A stretch of DNA of 64,000 nucleotides from a phage. The notes below the pieces were generated by a model. That model saw only the letters and a list, made by a program, of their open reading frames with translations. It was not told the DNA's origin and made no database searches. The position numbers were made by a program, and so were the translations under genes. Where the stretch lies: sequence record NC_135731.1; one strand, written 5' to 3'. Shown here one piece after another: positions 46,726-56,995 of the stretch. Numbering within the stretch: the stretch's first letter is position 1; the number at the start of each line of letters is the position of its first letter.

Positions 46726-46801
46726 TTTTCTTGCACACAGGTGTTGACAACGCCAACCCTGTGTGAAATAATACCTTCATCTTAACAAGACAGGAGACCG
46801 A

Positions 46802-47062
46802 TTGATGAAGATTAAATTGAAAAACCTTGAAACGGCAGAGATTCAGGACGGTGTTGATTTCCGTTCTAAAGATGGTGACATCTTAGAGGTAAATATTCCA
46901 ACCTACGAGCTGATCAAAGGTTTTGGCAACGTCCCAGAGGAAGGTATCGCAGACGTTCTTCTAATGTTAATCGTTAGTGGGACAGTGTTCTTGGGTGAAG
47001 GTGAGAACGCTATTGCAATCCCAAGCCATTTTTATGAAGTAGTTGACGAAGAGGTGCTGTAA
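46802..47062 (+). CDS. small acidic protein, MKIK-start family
   Basis: MMKIKLKNLE...ends YEVVDEEVL; consensus-like promoter at about 46744-46773. Confidence 0.4.
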   Translation: MMKIKLKNLETAEIQDGVDFRSKDGDILEVNIPTYELIKGFGNVPEEGIADVLLMLIVSGTVFLGEGENAIAIPSHFYEVVDEEVL

Positions 47063-47413
47063 ATGAAAGTAGAAATTACTGGTTTTGATGTTAGTGTGGT
47101 TCCGGAAGATATTTTAGCTAACTTGCCGGAAGGTTTTGGTAATGGTGTTGTGGTGGATGCTGTTCCTCCTACCAAAGACATTCTGCTGCAGTATGGTGTA
47201 GCAGAGGAGGATGTCGATAAAGTTCTTACAATGATGGCAATCGATCGTGTTGTCGTTGTTAAAGGTCTCGATAATTTTGAGAGTGATCCTCTGATTATTC
47301 GCGGGGATGACTACCGAATCATTGATAATGAAGGCCAGGAGTTCTATGAGCCTTGTGCAGAAGATATTCTTAACTTGTTACTGGAAGCAGGCACCGCAGA
47401 GGAGAACGAATAA
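47063..47413 (+). CDS. small acidic protein, MKVEI-start family
   Basis: 116 aa, MKVEITGFD..., very acidic. Confidence 0.4.
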   Translation: MKVEITGFDVSVVPEDILANLPEGFGNGVVVDAVPPTKDILLQYGVAEEDVDKVLTMMAIDRVVVVKGLDNFESDPLIIRGDDYRIIDNEGQEFYEPCAEDILNLLLEAGTAEENE

Positions 47414-47742
47414 TGAAGATTGACCAGTTACTGAAGGCTCGTGCAGAAAAAGCGTACACCATTAAGCTGACCAACCTGGTTCCTACTTGTCATCCAGATG
47501 TAGGTTGGCCCGAAGGTTTGGTGGAGGGAACTGTAACAGCTGCATATCTTCCTAACATCAAATACCTTATGGAAATCTTGGAGCTGGATGAGGAAACGGC
47601 AGAAGAGTTCCAGTTGGACATGAAACAAAGTGGGACTCTGGTTATTCATGGGTGGTACAATACTAAAGATGCAGAAGATCCTCTGGTAACTTCTAATCTG
47701 GCATATGAAATCTTAGGGCCTTTGAACCTGGAGGAAGACTAA
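47413..47742 (+). CDS. small acidic protein
   Basis: 109 aa, overlapping stop/start. Confidence 0.4.
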   Translation: MKIDQLLKARAEKAYTIKLTNLVPTCHPDVGWPEGLVEGTVTAAYLPNIKYLMEILELDEETAEEFQLDMKQSGTLVIHGWYNTKDAEDPLVTSNLAYEILGPLNLEED

Positions 47743-48029
47743 TGAAAGATCTGGTTAAGATTAAGATTAAAGATACCAATGGAGAACTCAGCCATTTTGG
47801 AATTAATGATGGTGACGAGCTGATCGCACACCTGCCTACCAAGGAGGTTGTAAGCAAAGCAGTTGCCGGAGAAGAAGCTGCAATGCAGGCTGCAGGTGTG
47901 GATGAAAACTATGTAGCTATGTGCATGTGCCGAGATCAGGTTGTTCTGTACAAAGCGTATCGACCAAACGGAGCCACGGAGTGGCTTGTATTCCGACCCG
48001 AAGGATATGAAATCTTAGAGGCACTATGA
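47742..48029 (+). CDS. small acidic protein
   Basis: 95 aa, overlapping stop/start. Confidence 0.4.
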   Translation: MKDLVKIKIKDTNGELSHFGINDGDELIAHLPTKEVVSKAVAGEEAAMQAAGVDENYVAMCMCRDQVVLYKAYRPNGATEWLVFRPEGYEILEAL

Positions 48030-48118
48030 TAAATCTTGCCAAGGTTGCAACGGCACTGTTAATTATTTGCTGGTCAGTAACCTTAACACTGTGTCTTGTA
48101 TTTCAGTAAGGTGCTTGT

Positions 48119-48382
48119 ATGAACATCCTGATGTGGGTTATAGCAGTGGCGTTTGTTGCATGTTTTTGCTGCTGGGTTGCGGTGAGGATTTCTGTAGCTA
48201 CCCTTCGGAAGTTGGGGTTCTCAGAATGGGATATTAATATCCTTTCTTTTCGCAATGAAACAATCTCAGCCGCCCTGCTTTGTAAGAAATTCAAGTGGGA
48301 ACCTTGTGAGGTCATGAACTATCTAAGAACAGGTGATATTCCTGAAAGATTTAAAAAAGTTCTTGACGGCAAGGATAAATGA
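48119..48382 (+). CDS. small membrane protein
   Basis: N-terminal TM ILMWVIAVAFVACFCCWVAV, 87 aa. Confidence 0.4.
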   Translation: MNILMWVIAVAFVACFCCWVAVRISVATLRKLGFSEWDINILSFRNETISAALLCKKFKWEPCEVMNYLRTGDIPERFKKVLDGKDK

Positions 48383-48537
48383 CAGTATAGTGACTAACAA
48401 GAGGTGAGGAGTGACTGATTTTACTGAAGCTTTAATGATGGCCTTGTCTGTTTTAGCGCTATCGGTGTGTTTTGGGGCGTTATTCACATCTCTGGTTAAA
48501 GTTTTACATACAGTATTATTACCCAAGGAGCGCAGTA

Positions 48538-48789
48538 ATGACGAAGATTGACTTGAATGCTGGCGACCATGTTGTTGTCAAATGCATCGGAGATTATCTT
48601 GGATTCACAATCGGCAATACTTACGAGGCGGTAGTGGCGAAGGTTTATCATGATAAAGTCCTCAGTCTTGTATTTGACTGCGATGATGATGGGGATGACC
48701 GATACGTCTGTGAGGTGCTGGCACGAGACGATAGTGAAGACCAGAAATTCCTGGTTATTGAACTGAACGGTATTTTTGTAGAACGTTAA
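48538..48789 (+). CDS. hypothetical protein
   Basis: Track ORF 48472..48789; start re-set to ATG (MTKIDLNAGDH...) with GGAG RBS. Confidence 0.4.
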   Translation: MTKIDLNAGDHVVVKCIGDYLGFTIGNTYEAVVAKVYHDKVLSLVFDCDDDGDDRYVCEVLARDDSEDQKFLVIELNGIFVER

Positions 48790-48817
48790 TTTAAAACAAC
48801 ATAAGGAGACTCTTACT

Positions 48818-49123
48818 ATGGCTAAATCTAAAGTTGAACTGTTCACCTCTCTTCCTTCTGACACTGCAGAACGTGATCGCCTTCGCAAAACAATCGAAGA
48901 ACTGGTGGAACTCCAGCTTCAGATTAAAGATCTGAAAGATGCCATCAAGGATATCATTCTTGTTGAGAAGCAGGATCATCTGTATTCTCCTAAATTCATC
49001 AAATCTTTGGTGGCTACAGAGTTTGATATCCGCTACGAAGCTGAAAAACGTCGCGCTAAGATTGAAGAAGAGGTTGAGCACATGTCTGAGGCAGACATTC
49101 TGTTCAAACGCTCTGTAGAATAA
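48818..49123 (+). CDS. hypothetical coiled-coil protein
   Basis: 101 aa, AAGGAG RBS, charged helical sequence. Confidence 0.45.
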   Translation: MAKSKVELFTSLPSDTAERDRLRKTIEELVELQLQIKDLKDAIKDIILVEKQDHLYSPKFIKSLVATEFDIRYEAEKRRAKIEEEVEHMSEADILFKRSVE

Positions 49124-49129
49124 TATGGC

Positions 49130-49153
49130 AGAGGGGCTACGGCCCCTCTTTCA
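49130..49153 (+). terminator. rho-independent terminator
   Basis: Hairpin GAGGGGCTACGGCCCCTC followed by TTTC after stop at 49123. Confidence 0.5.
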
Positions 49154-49175
49154 CTATTTGCAAAAGGAACCAGCT

Positions 49176-49502
49176 ATGAGAATGCCAATCACTGTGAAAG
49201 AGCTAAATGAACGTGATGCAGGTGGTCTATGGCCTGCACGAAAAATCCGCTGCGTCTATATGAAAGAGAATCTTGAACATCTTGATCAACAGATCAAGGT
49301 CGGTGATATTTTCGAGGTCTTCTATTCCAATCGTCGCAACTGGGAAACCATTCAGCCTTCTGGTTTTGTTCTTGCCAAACTTGACACTGGAGAAGTGATT
49401 ATCCCTGGGTTGGATATTGTCTTCGAAATTATCCAGGAGTGGGATCCGGATAAGATTAGATACGAAGAATTATTCGGTAAAGGTATTATCAAACCTGTGT
49501 GA
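49176..49502 (+). CDS. hypothetical protein
   Basis: Track ORF 49125..49502; track start lies in terminator hairpin, so start re-set to internal ATG (MRMPITVKE...). Confidence 0.4.
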   Translation: MRMPITVKELNERDAGGLWPARKIRCVYMKENLEHLDQQIKVGDIFEVFYSNRRNWETIQPSGFVLAKLDTGEVIIPGLDIVFEIIQEWDPDKIRYEELFGKGIIKPV

Positions 49503-49510
49503 GGTGGATT

Positions 49511-49810
49511 ATGTCTACAAAGGCGGCTAAATACTCATATATGCCATCAACCTCTGCAGAGGTAGACTTTAGTTTCGATGTATTTCCACTGTTTGAGGTG
49601 GTTCTGGCATACCCTGCAATACTATCTACTCCTGAATCACTTGTGCCTGTTAAGTTGCAGAACGCTATGCATTCCATGCACTACAACAATAAATGTAGGC
49701 ACAGATGGTGTCAGGACGAGGGAAAAGATTTGGATAGTTTGAGGGATTTTGACAGTCACCTTTTGACACCTTTCAGCTACTCCAACCTTGATAAGCCCTC
49801 ATGGGTATAG
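49511..49810 (+). CDS. hypothetical protein
   Basis: Track ORF 49499..49810; start re-set to MSTKAAKY. Confidence 0.35.
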   Translation: MSTKAAKYSYMPSTSAEVDFSFDVFPLFEVVLAYPAILSTPESLVPVKLQNAMHSMHYNNKCRHRWCQDEGKDLDSLRDFDSHLLTPFSYSNLDKPSWV

Positions 49811-50032
49811 AAAATATCAAATTTAAGACACCTAGGACGCTCTGTGGCGTCCTTTTCTTTATCTGGTGCACGATTGCATACCTTGGACAGATAATCTCAT
49901 TACAGAGCGTTTAAGAGCTTCCTACAAACAACTCCATATTTCGAGCGTAGCGAGAACGCACGTCCGTTTTGACCCAAATCACCATACGCTCGGATTTTAA
50001 CCAAACCCTCGCGGCGTTTCTGTTGACACATT

Positions 50033-50061
50033 GCCACTCTCGTGATAGTATCCACACATAG
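50033..50061 (+). promoter_or_regulatory. sigma70-like promoter
   Basis: TTGACA - 17 nt - TAGTAT, upstream of a 29-aa hydrophobic ORF (about 50085-50174) and 50170..50382. Confidence 0.45.
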
Positions 50062-50169
50062 TTTGGAGAATATGAGGTACACAATGAGAACATTGTCCGA
50101 AGTTTTGGTGGTGATCCTGATGATCATTATGTCCATAGCGGCTGTTGCCGGAATACTCACGGGTGGAAC

Positions 50170-50382
50170 ATGATAAACACACATGCATCTGAAGATACAT
50201 CCAAAGGAGTGACTATATGTCCCTTGGCTGAGCCAGTGAAAGAGGAAAACTTCGATTCTGAAGATTCTCCATCTTCGCTCCAGGTAGATCCTGAGGCTGA
50301 CGACCTAACGTGGGAAGACATCGTAGATATCTGGTTCTCTATTATGCCTGAGCACGAAGAGTTCAGGGGTGGTAGACTATGA
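50170..50382 (+). CDS. hypothetical acidic protein
   Basis: 70 aa. Confidence 0.3.
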   Translation: MINTHASEDTSKGVTICPLAEPVKEENFDSEDSPSSLQVDPEADDLTWEDIVDIWFSIMPEHEEFRGGRL

Positions 50383-50503
50383 AGCACCGAGCCCACACAG
50401 GTTCCTCATGCTAAAGCATGGCCTGAAGAGGCAAACGTGTATAATTCTAGCGTATTGGAACGTATAAAACCCTGTTCACACTCTCATTCCCAGAGGAGAT
50501 TTC

Positions 50504-50719
50504 ATGAAGATAGAAATATTTGGTGGAGCTGACAACACTCGTGGCCTGATTTACCTTGAATTCGATGAATCATACCTGCCAGAGGTGTTAAATATAGACT
50601 CTGTTGCTGAGGCTTTGGGAGTAAACCCTAAAGAACTTCACTCTTGTGCTGAGATTGATGGTTGGGAGGAGACCATGAACATCGATTTTAGTGAAGTAGG
50701 GGATGAACCACTGGACTGA
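50504..50719 (+). CDS. small acidic protein, MKIEI-start family
   Basis: MKIEIFGGADN..., 71 aa, last plus-strand gene before the non-coding region. Confidence 0.4.
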   Translation: MKIEIFGGADNTRGLIYLEFDESYLPEVLNIDSVAEALGVNPKELHSCAEIDGWEETMNIDFSEVGDEPLD

Positions 50720-51480
50720 CACACAATTAGCTGCCTGGCTAAAGTGCTGGAGCACCTATAGCACATCTTTCAACTAAATTTCCTACCACCACAATCACTT
50801 ACCTCCCACACATGACTGTTTGCTTGTTTAGTGAGCAGTCATGCCTTGACATTCTTGTCTATCCTGATAAAATTAAGTTCTTCTCTTTTCTTTTACCGAG
50901 TAATTCGGGTTTTCTGTTCTCTTCGGTTTGAAGGGGTATGGAGATACACCTGAGTGAACAGGGTGAACAACCGAACCATTGGCTATGGCATTAGCATGGC
51001 GAAGCGGACGGGTGACGAAAGAGGGGCCGGAGGACACTAGTCACTGCCATATGATATATGGGTGATAACCTGAAGAGTCTGAATAAGTGTTTAAGTACCA
51101 GTCAGAGGAAAAGGTGAATGGTAGCCGAAGGGGGAGGGGGGTTTCTTGTATCTTTAATTTGTATATTATGCATACACTTGTAAACCAATCTCATCTGAAT
51201 CTGTTTACCACACAAAGTGGATTGAGACAAATATTACCTATTAAACCTGAATTATTTATAGAAAATACCACAACACCACTTAAGTCTTTGATTTTACACA
51301 TAAATCCTACAGATATTCACCCTCCATATTTAACATACTTGTAACATATCCCATACTCTACCTGTCTGATCAATTTCCCCAACCACATCCCCATATTTTC
51401 CCTTCCTGTACTACCCCTGCCCCGCCGGGAGTCCCGTCATATCTGGCTTTCCAGCAAATATCACACCCACAAATATCATT

Positions 51481-51631
51481 GCCTGAAGAGGGTTTCATCC
51501 CATAATACATGCCTTACCTGAAGAGCGCTTCATATACCCCGTAAATTTTTTAATTGACCCCCCTCCCCGCCGCCGGAGAGGTTGGCTTTTCCCACACAGA
51601 CCTGAAGAGTCAGCCAGAAATATCTGAAGAG
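51481..51631. repeat. cluster of CCTGAAGAG direct repeats
   Basis: Four copies ((C/T)CTGAAGAG) at about 51481, 51517, 51601, 51623; two more at about 50422 and 51069. Confidence 0.6.
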
Positions 51632-52189
51632 GGTCCAGTTCTACCCTGTCAGGAGCCGGTAGCGACTGGAGTGCTGCCAGGCGGACGAAATGGGAATACT
51701 TCTCATTCTTATAACAATTCTCAAATATCGAGGCAGTGAGGCAAATTAATAGGTTAGGCCGTTCACACAGTGGCACAACATTTGCAACCTATCTTGTGGG
51801 AGTGAATGAGAATACCTATCATTGTGAGAATAGTTATCATTACGGGCAATTTAACATAATACCCATTATGCGCACCACTGGCGATACATACAGGGATTGA
51901 TAACATGAGTTACTGTTTACACACATAACAATTATATTTCTTACTATTTGTGTGGGATATAGTTAGCAGCCGATAGATTAGATATTGACCTGCGGACTTC
52001 TGACCATCTAGACGTCTAAACGCCCACACAACAAGGCTTATACATACATCGCTGAATGTAAACAGGGCCGCAAAAATGCTACCATACAAGCTTGTAAATT
52101 TTTCATGCAGCACTTGACAAAGAGGAGAAAAACTTGTCTGACACAATATGACTTAATTGCCACAACATGACACTTTTGCACACCTGATT

Positions 52190-52575
52190 GTTTGCATATC
52201 TAATAGTTTACATGGATAACTGTTCACATACTTATCATTTACATGATTGACTGTTTACACAGAGATGATAAGCCATGCCATTCGTTTGCATGATAACAAT
52301 TAACCAGTTTACAATTAACAAGTTAATAATCTTTCGCTGGCTATGCCAGGTGACTAGGTCACCCCTTCAGGTGTTTCTATGACATAATATAAAAGCAGGG
52401 CAACTATTAGCAGATCTATAGTTGCCTTGCTTGTCATGTCATGATTAACTAAATACAAGGCAACTATGATCTGATTAATAGTTTGCAGACAAACTATCAC
52501 GGGGGTGATGGTTACTGCTTTTATATTATGTCGCGACTCCGTCGCGCCATGCCATTCGTTTGCATAGTTGCCTTA
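52190..52575. repeat. complex repeat region (GTTTACA-like iterons, 19-bp inverted repeat, GCAACTAT palindromes)
   Basis: Repeated (A/T)GTTTACA(T/C) and CGTTTGCAT units 52205-52315; CCATGCCATTCGTTTGCAT at about 52273 and 52548; inverted repeat TGACATAATATAAAAGCAG (about 52379) / CTGCTTTTATATTATGTCG (about 52515); GGCAACTAT...ATAGTTGCC palindrome. Confidence 0.65.
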
Positions 52576-53179
52576 TTGTTACGAATAAAACAATTGCATT
52601 GTTAATGATTTCTTATCTTTCTCTTAGTCATCTAATGATTCCAGTCAGTATAGTAATGTACAGTAAACATTAGACGACTAAAGATTTCTCTGTTTATTAT
52701 AACTTACCGTTACAATTTCGGACTGTTTACCAAGAATGTTGACACATAAGCTGATTTATGTTATGCAGTTTACACGAATAATTATTTTATGCAGGTATTG
52801 ACTATTCCGTTATTCCATGGTTGGAATAAATACTTAGCAGACTATAGAATGGTGAGCGTACGTAAATTCTGAGATCTGGCGGCTATAGTTATACTCGATT
52901 TTTCACGTAGAACACGCTTTTGTGAGTGTGTAAGTGTATGACTTATAAAGATTTTTAGTTGTTGACAAGATATTGAAGATGTGCATCAGGTTAAATTTTG
53001 TGCAATAGCGGCATTACGTGCAATCTTGAGAGAGAAAACGGGTAAAAATGGCCCTGCTACCACACAATGAAAAATTATGCAATAGTTATTTTACATGTAT
53101 GTTTGTACAGTGTGTGGGATTGATGGCTAGTCAATTATTCCACTTGCCAGGCTGGGCCGTTTGTGGTAGGAGAAATACA

Positions 53180-53215
53180 GACAAAAAGAAAGGGGCCTTT
53201 TAAAGCCCCTGATAG
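53180..53215 (-). terminator. rho-independent terminator (minus strand)
   Basis: Minus-sense hairpin GGGGCTTTAAAAGGCCCC followed by TTTCTTTTT, immediately downstream of 53229..53648. Confidence 0.55.
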
Positions 53216-53228
53216 TTTAGTTAAGAAA

Positions 53229-53648
53229 TTATAATGATTCGTATATTTCATAGATTCGATTTGCCAGGTCGTTACGGTAGCGGAATTTTTCCTCACGTTT
53301 GATCATCAGATCTTTAAAGCCATATTCTTTAAGCACTTCATTAACTTTATGGCGGCATACCTTCATATTATCCTGTGCGTCACCAATAAACCTGTTGCTA
53401 TGGTGCATGGCTTTAATTTCTTCTTCCAGGACCAGGGCAACTATGCGGACCGGATCAAGCTGATAGGCGGTAACATCAATGCGGCATTGTAAACGGCTTT
53501 TTACGTCTGCCACCGGATATACTGCAACCTCTTCCCCGTCAACATTGACAATAATTAGTTTACCATCGATTTCGAATCCTTTCGCCGCCGGACCGTGACA
53601 AAAAGCGTTATCAAAGCTATATGCCGGATTATTAGATTTAATGTTCAT
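53229..53648 (-). CDS. hypothetical protein
   Basis: 139 aa; AGAGG-type RBS. Confidence 0.45.
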   Translation of the reverse strand: MNIKSNNPAYSFDNAFCHGPAAKGFEIDGKLIIVNVDGEEVAVYPVADVKSRLQCRIDVTAYQLDPVRIVALVLEEEIKAMHHSNRFIGDAQDNMKVCRHKVNEVLKEYGFKDLMIKREEKFRYRNDLANRIYEIYESL

Positions 53649-53793
53649 GGTGTTTTTACCTCTTAGTTAATTTTCTTACAACTTCCCTTCAAAAAAGAAT
53701 ATAGCAAAACTGCCGATCCTTGTCAACCAAGGATAGCATAATTTTTATGTGATCAAGGGGCTTTATTGCCCCCTGATCGTGCAACTTGTTGTA

Positions 53794-54057
53794 TTATTTG
53801 TTGCTCATCCAGTTTTCCCAGGCTGCCTGATAATCTGCCTCACTGCGGCGGATCTCTTCTTGCTCTTCAAGTCGGATCTCTTCTTCCAGGTACCCCAAGA
53901 TATCGGCTTTTTTGGTCTGGCGTAACATCCAATCATCTTTTTTACGGGTAAAGATCTTGTACGCTTTCTCGCAAACCTCTTTTTTGCTACCTTTTTGGAC
54001 TTCAAGAACTTTGTAGGCCATGTACTGAACTAGTTTAAGCTGATCAAGACGTTTCAT
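53794..54057 (-). CDS. hypothetical protein
   Basis: 87 aa, charged; RBS and GC hairpin in leader. Confidence 0.4.
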   Translation of the reverse strand: MKRLDQLKLVQYMAYKVLEVQKGSKKEVCEKAYKIFTRKKDDWMLRQTKKADILGYLEEEIRLEEQEEIRRSEADYQAAWENWMSNK

Positions 54058-54117
54058 GATGTTTACCTCTTTGTGTGGTTCTGATTAGTGGGCCTCCCGG
54101 CCCGTGTCATTATCTTA

Positions 54118-54390
54118 TTACTTACGGCGGCAGAATTCAAGCGTTTTTAATTGATAATCTTCCTCAGCCTGGAGTACAACCGCCTCGATCATTTCGTTGG
54201 CATTGTTGAAGCCATACCCTTTAGCGAACTCGTCCGCACCACCTTCGTGATCATGTTCTGCGTTCATCGCTTCCACAAAATGGAATTCCAAATTGTTGAG
54301 GTAGGGGCTTGATGTGCCGTCTTCTTTTTCGATGAGATCCCAAATAGCATTAAAACGTGATTCGACTTCTTGATTAATCCAGCTTGACAT
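54118..54390 (-). CDS. hypothetical acidic protein
   Basis: 90 aa; RBS and GC hairpin (GGGCACCTTTGCCC) in leader. Confidence 0.4.
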   Translation of the reverse strand: MSSWINQEVESRFNAIWDLIEKEDGTSSPYLNNLEFHFVEAMNAEHDHEGGADEFAKGYGFNNANEMIEAVVLQAEEDYQLKTLEFCRRK

Positions 54391-54608
54391 AGTGTTTTCC
54401 TCTCTTCTGGTTGTTGTGTGGGCACCTTTGCCCCTTCAAGATAAATGTTACCCCACCCCCCTGGCAGATGTCAACGGTTTTTATAGTTCTTATATGACAG
54501 GCAGGCCCGGTGATTGTCTCCCCCTGTTCCCAAGTGCCGCCCGTTTAATAAGAATAGCAAAAGGGGCCGAACAAGTCAACCCCAAAATCAGTACCAAAAC
54601 ACTTTTAT

Positions 54609-54920
54609 TTATACGGTCCGATCATTGGCCTTTGTCCAGGACCTGGCGATCCGTTTCCCGGTCACCTGGAACGGAGGCTGCATTGTGTGTAATGAGTCCA
54701 GAGTAAGGGAGGACCGTTTACGGCGTATCTTCAGGATCGCCAATGTATTGTCCATCTCACGGCCAGGTCCTGGGCGGTATGGTGTGCCTCCAGCGTTAAG
54801 GTTGATGATCTCATGTATTGAGATCCGGCGTTGTTTTGCTTCCGCATCTTTGAAGATAGCCAGCGGAGGCGCTATGCGTTGCCGATACCAATCTAAAACG
54901 GTTGGCGTAATAGCGATCAT
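54609..54920 (-). CDS. hypothetical protein
   Basis: 103 aa; G-rich RBS; overlaps plus-strand ORFs judged spurious. Confidence 0.3.
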   Translation of the reverse strand: MIAITPTVLDWYRQRIAPPLAIFKDAEAKQRRISIHEIINLNAGGTPYRPGPGREMDNTLAILKIRRKRSSLTLDSLHTMQPPFQVTGKRIARSWTKANDRTV

Positions 54921-55108
54921 ATTTTACCCCCTATGTAGTCCGGTCGGTTTTTCTCTGTCATACGCTTAAGCAATTCTTGCATGTTGCTTATGGCTTGTAG
55001 TGTATCCTCTTCAAGGGATGAATCAAGATAATCAGGATCATTCTTCACCTTGCAATGATTATGATAACGCAGTACCGCCAGTACTTTTTTAACTTCTTCC
55101 GCTGTCAT
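54917..55108 (-). CDS. hypothetical protein
   Basis: 63 aa; weak RBS. Confidence 0.3.
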   Translation of the reverse strand: MTAEEVKKVLAVLRYHNHCKVKNDPDYLDSSLEEDTLQAISNMQELLKRMTEKNRPDYIGGKI

Positions 55109-55253
55109 TATCGCGCCTAAAACAATGAGTTAATATATAACACCAGATCGCTGACTACCAGGACAACATTAATCAGCACATACCTAACCATAAAGGGAAA
55201 GATCGCCAGCATTGCCGCCACGATCCCCATGGTAATAATTATCTTTCTTATGG

Positions 55254-55538
55254 TTAACGGTTCACGTAAGTTTTCCCGTTCACGGTTATGGGCAGATCCT
55301 CCAGGTCTGGATCTTCCTTAAGGTCGCGAGCAAGCTCACCGCACCGGATACCCTCGAATCCGTAGTACTCTGTTGTGCCGTCCTTAAAAGTTTTAGCGGC
55401 AAGGCATAAGCGATAAGTAACCCCGATTTGATTGACGGCATGAATATCCGTTAGATTAACCTCTTTTGCCAGCTCTTTAGCCATTACAGGCGCATTAAGT
55501 CCAACAACCAGGGTAACCACTGCGATCATCTTTTTCAT
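55254..55538 (-). CDS. small secreted/periplasmic protein
   Basis: Signal peptide MKKMIAVVTLVVGLNAPVMA; 94 aa with two Cys. Confidence 0.45.
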   Translation of the reverse strand: MKKMIAVVTLVVGLNAPVMAKELAKEVNLTDIHAVNQIGVTYRLCLAAKTFKDGTTEYYGFEGIRCGELARDLKEDPDLEDLPITVNGKTYVNR

Positions 55539-55629
55539 TGTGTCTATCCTCTTTCTGCTACGTTTAAGGCGGCGGTAACCGCCTGTTTATGCTTTGTTGG
55601 TTAATTTTCAGGTATCTGTATAAATTAAA

Positions 55630-55869
55630 CTATGCTGTACGCTCAACTATAACAACGGTTTGGGGGATCTCCCCTTCCACCACTAGTAAGGCCTTTTTCT
55701 GCGTGATAGATATCTTTACCCGTTGCAGCGTGGCGGTGAAGTCTTTCATTTCGTCACGCGGTGTTTTAGTGCAGTACCAGATCTCAGGCTTGCCGATCTG
55801 TAAGTTGCGTAAAAATTCCGTTTTGCCTGTTTTGTTTTTGTAACCGTTATAACCTTTATTGCTTTTCAT
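55630..55869 (-). CDS. hypothetical protein
   Basis: Track ORF 55630..55950; start re-set to ATG with AGAGG RBS (MKSNKGYNGYKNK...). Confidence 0.4.
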   Translation of the reverse strand: MKSNKGYNGYKNKTGKTEFLRNLQIGKPEIWYCTKTPRDEMKDFTATLQRVKISITQKKALLVVEGEIPQTVVIVERTA

Positions 55870-56211
55870 GGTGTTTACCTCTTCTTTGTTCCAGGTGGCG
55901 GACCATTCCACCGCCTTATGTATTATGCTTTGTAAGATGGCTGTTGTCAAACTATTTTAACGATAATCATCGTACGCTTTATTAACCTGGCGGATATAAC
56001 ATTCAAAAGCCAGATCAATAGATTTATATTCACGGCTATACTCACCATAGGAAACCACATACATTTCTATAGCTTCCTCATATGCGAGGAGAATAGAATC
56101 TAAGCCTACGATCTCGGTCTTTGCAATAATAGCCATGATTTTTATCCTCTTTGTGGTTGGTGGGGCTTGTTGCTCCCTTTGATTTATATATTACAGTTTT
56201 ATATGGTCATG

Positions 56212-56445
56212 TCAACTATTTTCAAAAAATTTTTCTGCTGTGATATTCTTCCCGGTAGGGTTCGCTACTTTCAAAATTCTATCATGCACCGGACGCCCGA
56301 AAGAATAAGATCCGTATACAGTAAACCAATAATCACCGTCAGGCTGTACTATTACCGCCGCATATGGTACGCCTTTCTCGTTATTGCTAACAAAATAGAT
56401 CACATTGCCATTAATAGCCTCGGTGCGTTTAATTTGTTCCATCAT
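56212..56445 (-). CDS. hypothetical protein
   Basis: 77 aa; RBS. Confidence 0.4.
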   Translation of the reverse strand: MMEQIKRTEAINGNVIYFVSNNEKGVPYAAVIVQPDGDYWFTVYGSYSFGRPVHDRILKVANPTGKNITAEKFFENS

Positions 56446-56509
56446 GATGATTTACCTCTCTTTATTTTCATAATTTTATGCTGTAGGGGCCTTTTCGGCC
56501 CCGCCAGGT

Positions 56510-56794
56510 TTATTTATTGATAGCGTGCAGCGGGAAAGCTACGCCAGGTTGATAAATAACCTTTACAACCTCATCAGGACAAAAGAAGTTGCAGAACTCA
56601 CCGCAGTAGGCCTCATCCTCTTTCAACTCTTCATTAACATACTCAAAAAAGTAGTCGATGCTTGGATAATCCTGGCCGGGATTATAGTCAACCATCGTTA
56701 ATAATAACTCTTGATCATTCCGTAGGATATGCATACCCGCTTTTAAGTATTTTGCTTCCATTTCTACTACATCGCCAGCGGTAACAATAGCCAT
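56510..56794 (-). CDS. hypothetical acidic protein
   Basis: 94 aa; GGGGGCCTCCCCC hairpin in leader. Confidence 0.4.
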   Translation of the reverse strand: MAIVTAGDVVEMEAKYLKAGMHILRNDQELLLTMVDYNPGQDYPSIDYFFEYVNEELKEDEAYCGEFCNFFCPDEVVKVIYQPGVAFPLHAINK

Positions 56795-56926
56795 GATTTT
56801 AACTCCTATCTATCTGGTCAATGATTGGGGGCCTCCCCCTCGACAACTCTTATTATCCATATTGTCGGGAATGATGCAAGTACTTCTTTAAAAATTTTTT
56901 AAGCTCCTTAGGGCCGTTGTAACGTC

Positions 56927-56958
56927 AAAACAATAAAGGCTATGCGATTGCATAGCCT
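56927..56958 (-). terminator. rho-independent terminator (minus strand)
   Basis: Minus-sense hairpin AGGCTATGCAATCGCATAGCCT followed by TTATTGTTTT, downstream of 56996..57346. Confidence 0.5.
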
Positions 56959-56995
56959 GCTAGTGTTTAGGTCGCTGTAGGCCCTGCCTGGGGCC

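Noticed and set aside
54392-54969. Plus-strand ORFs 54392..54706 and 54514..54969
   Set aside because: They are antisense to or overlapping minus-strand small genes that have RBS and promoters; no start signals; composition-driven.
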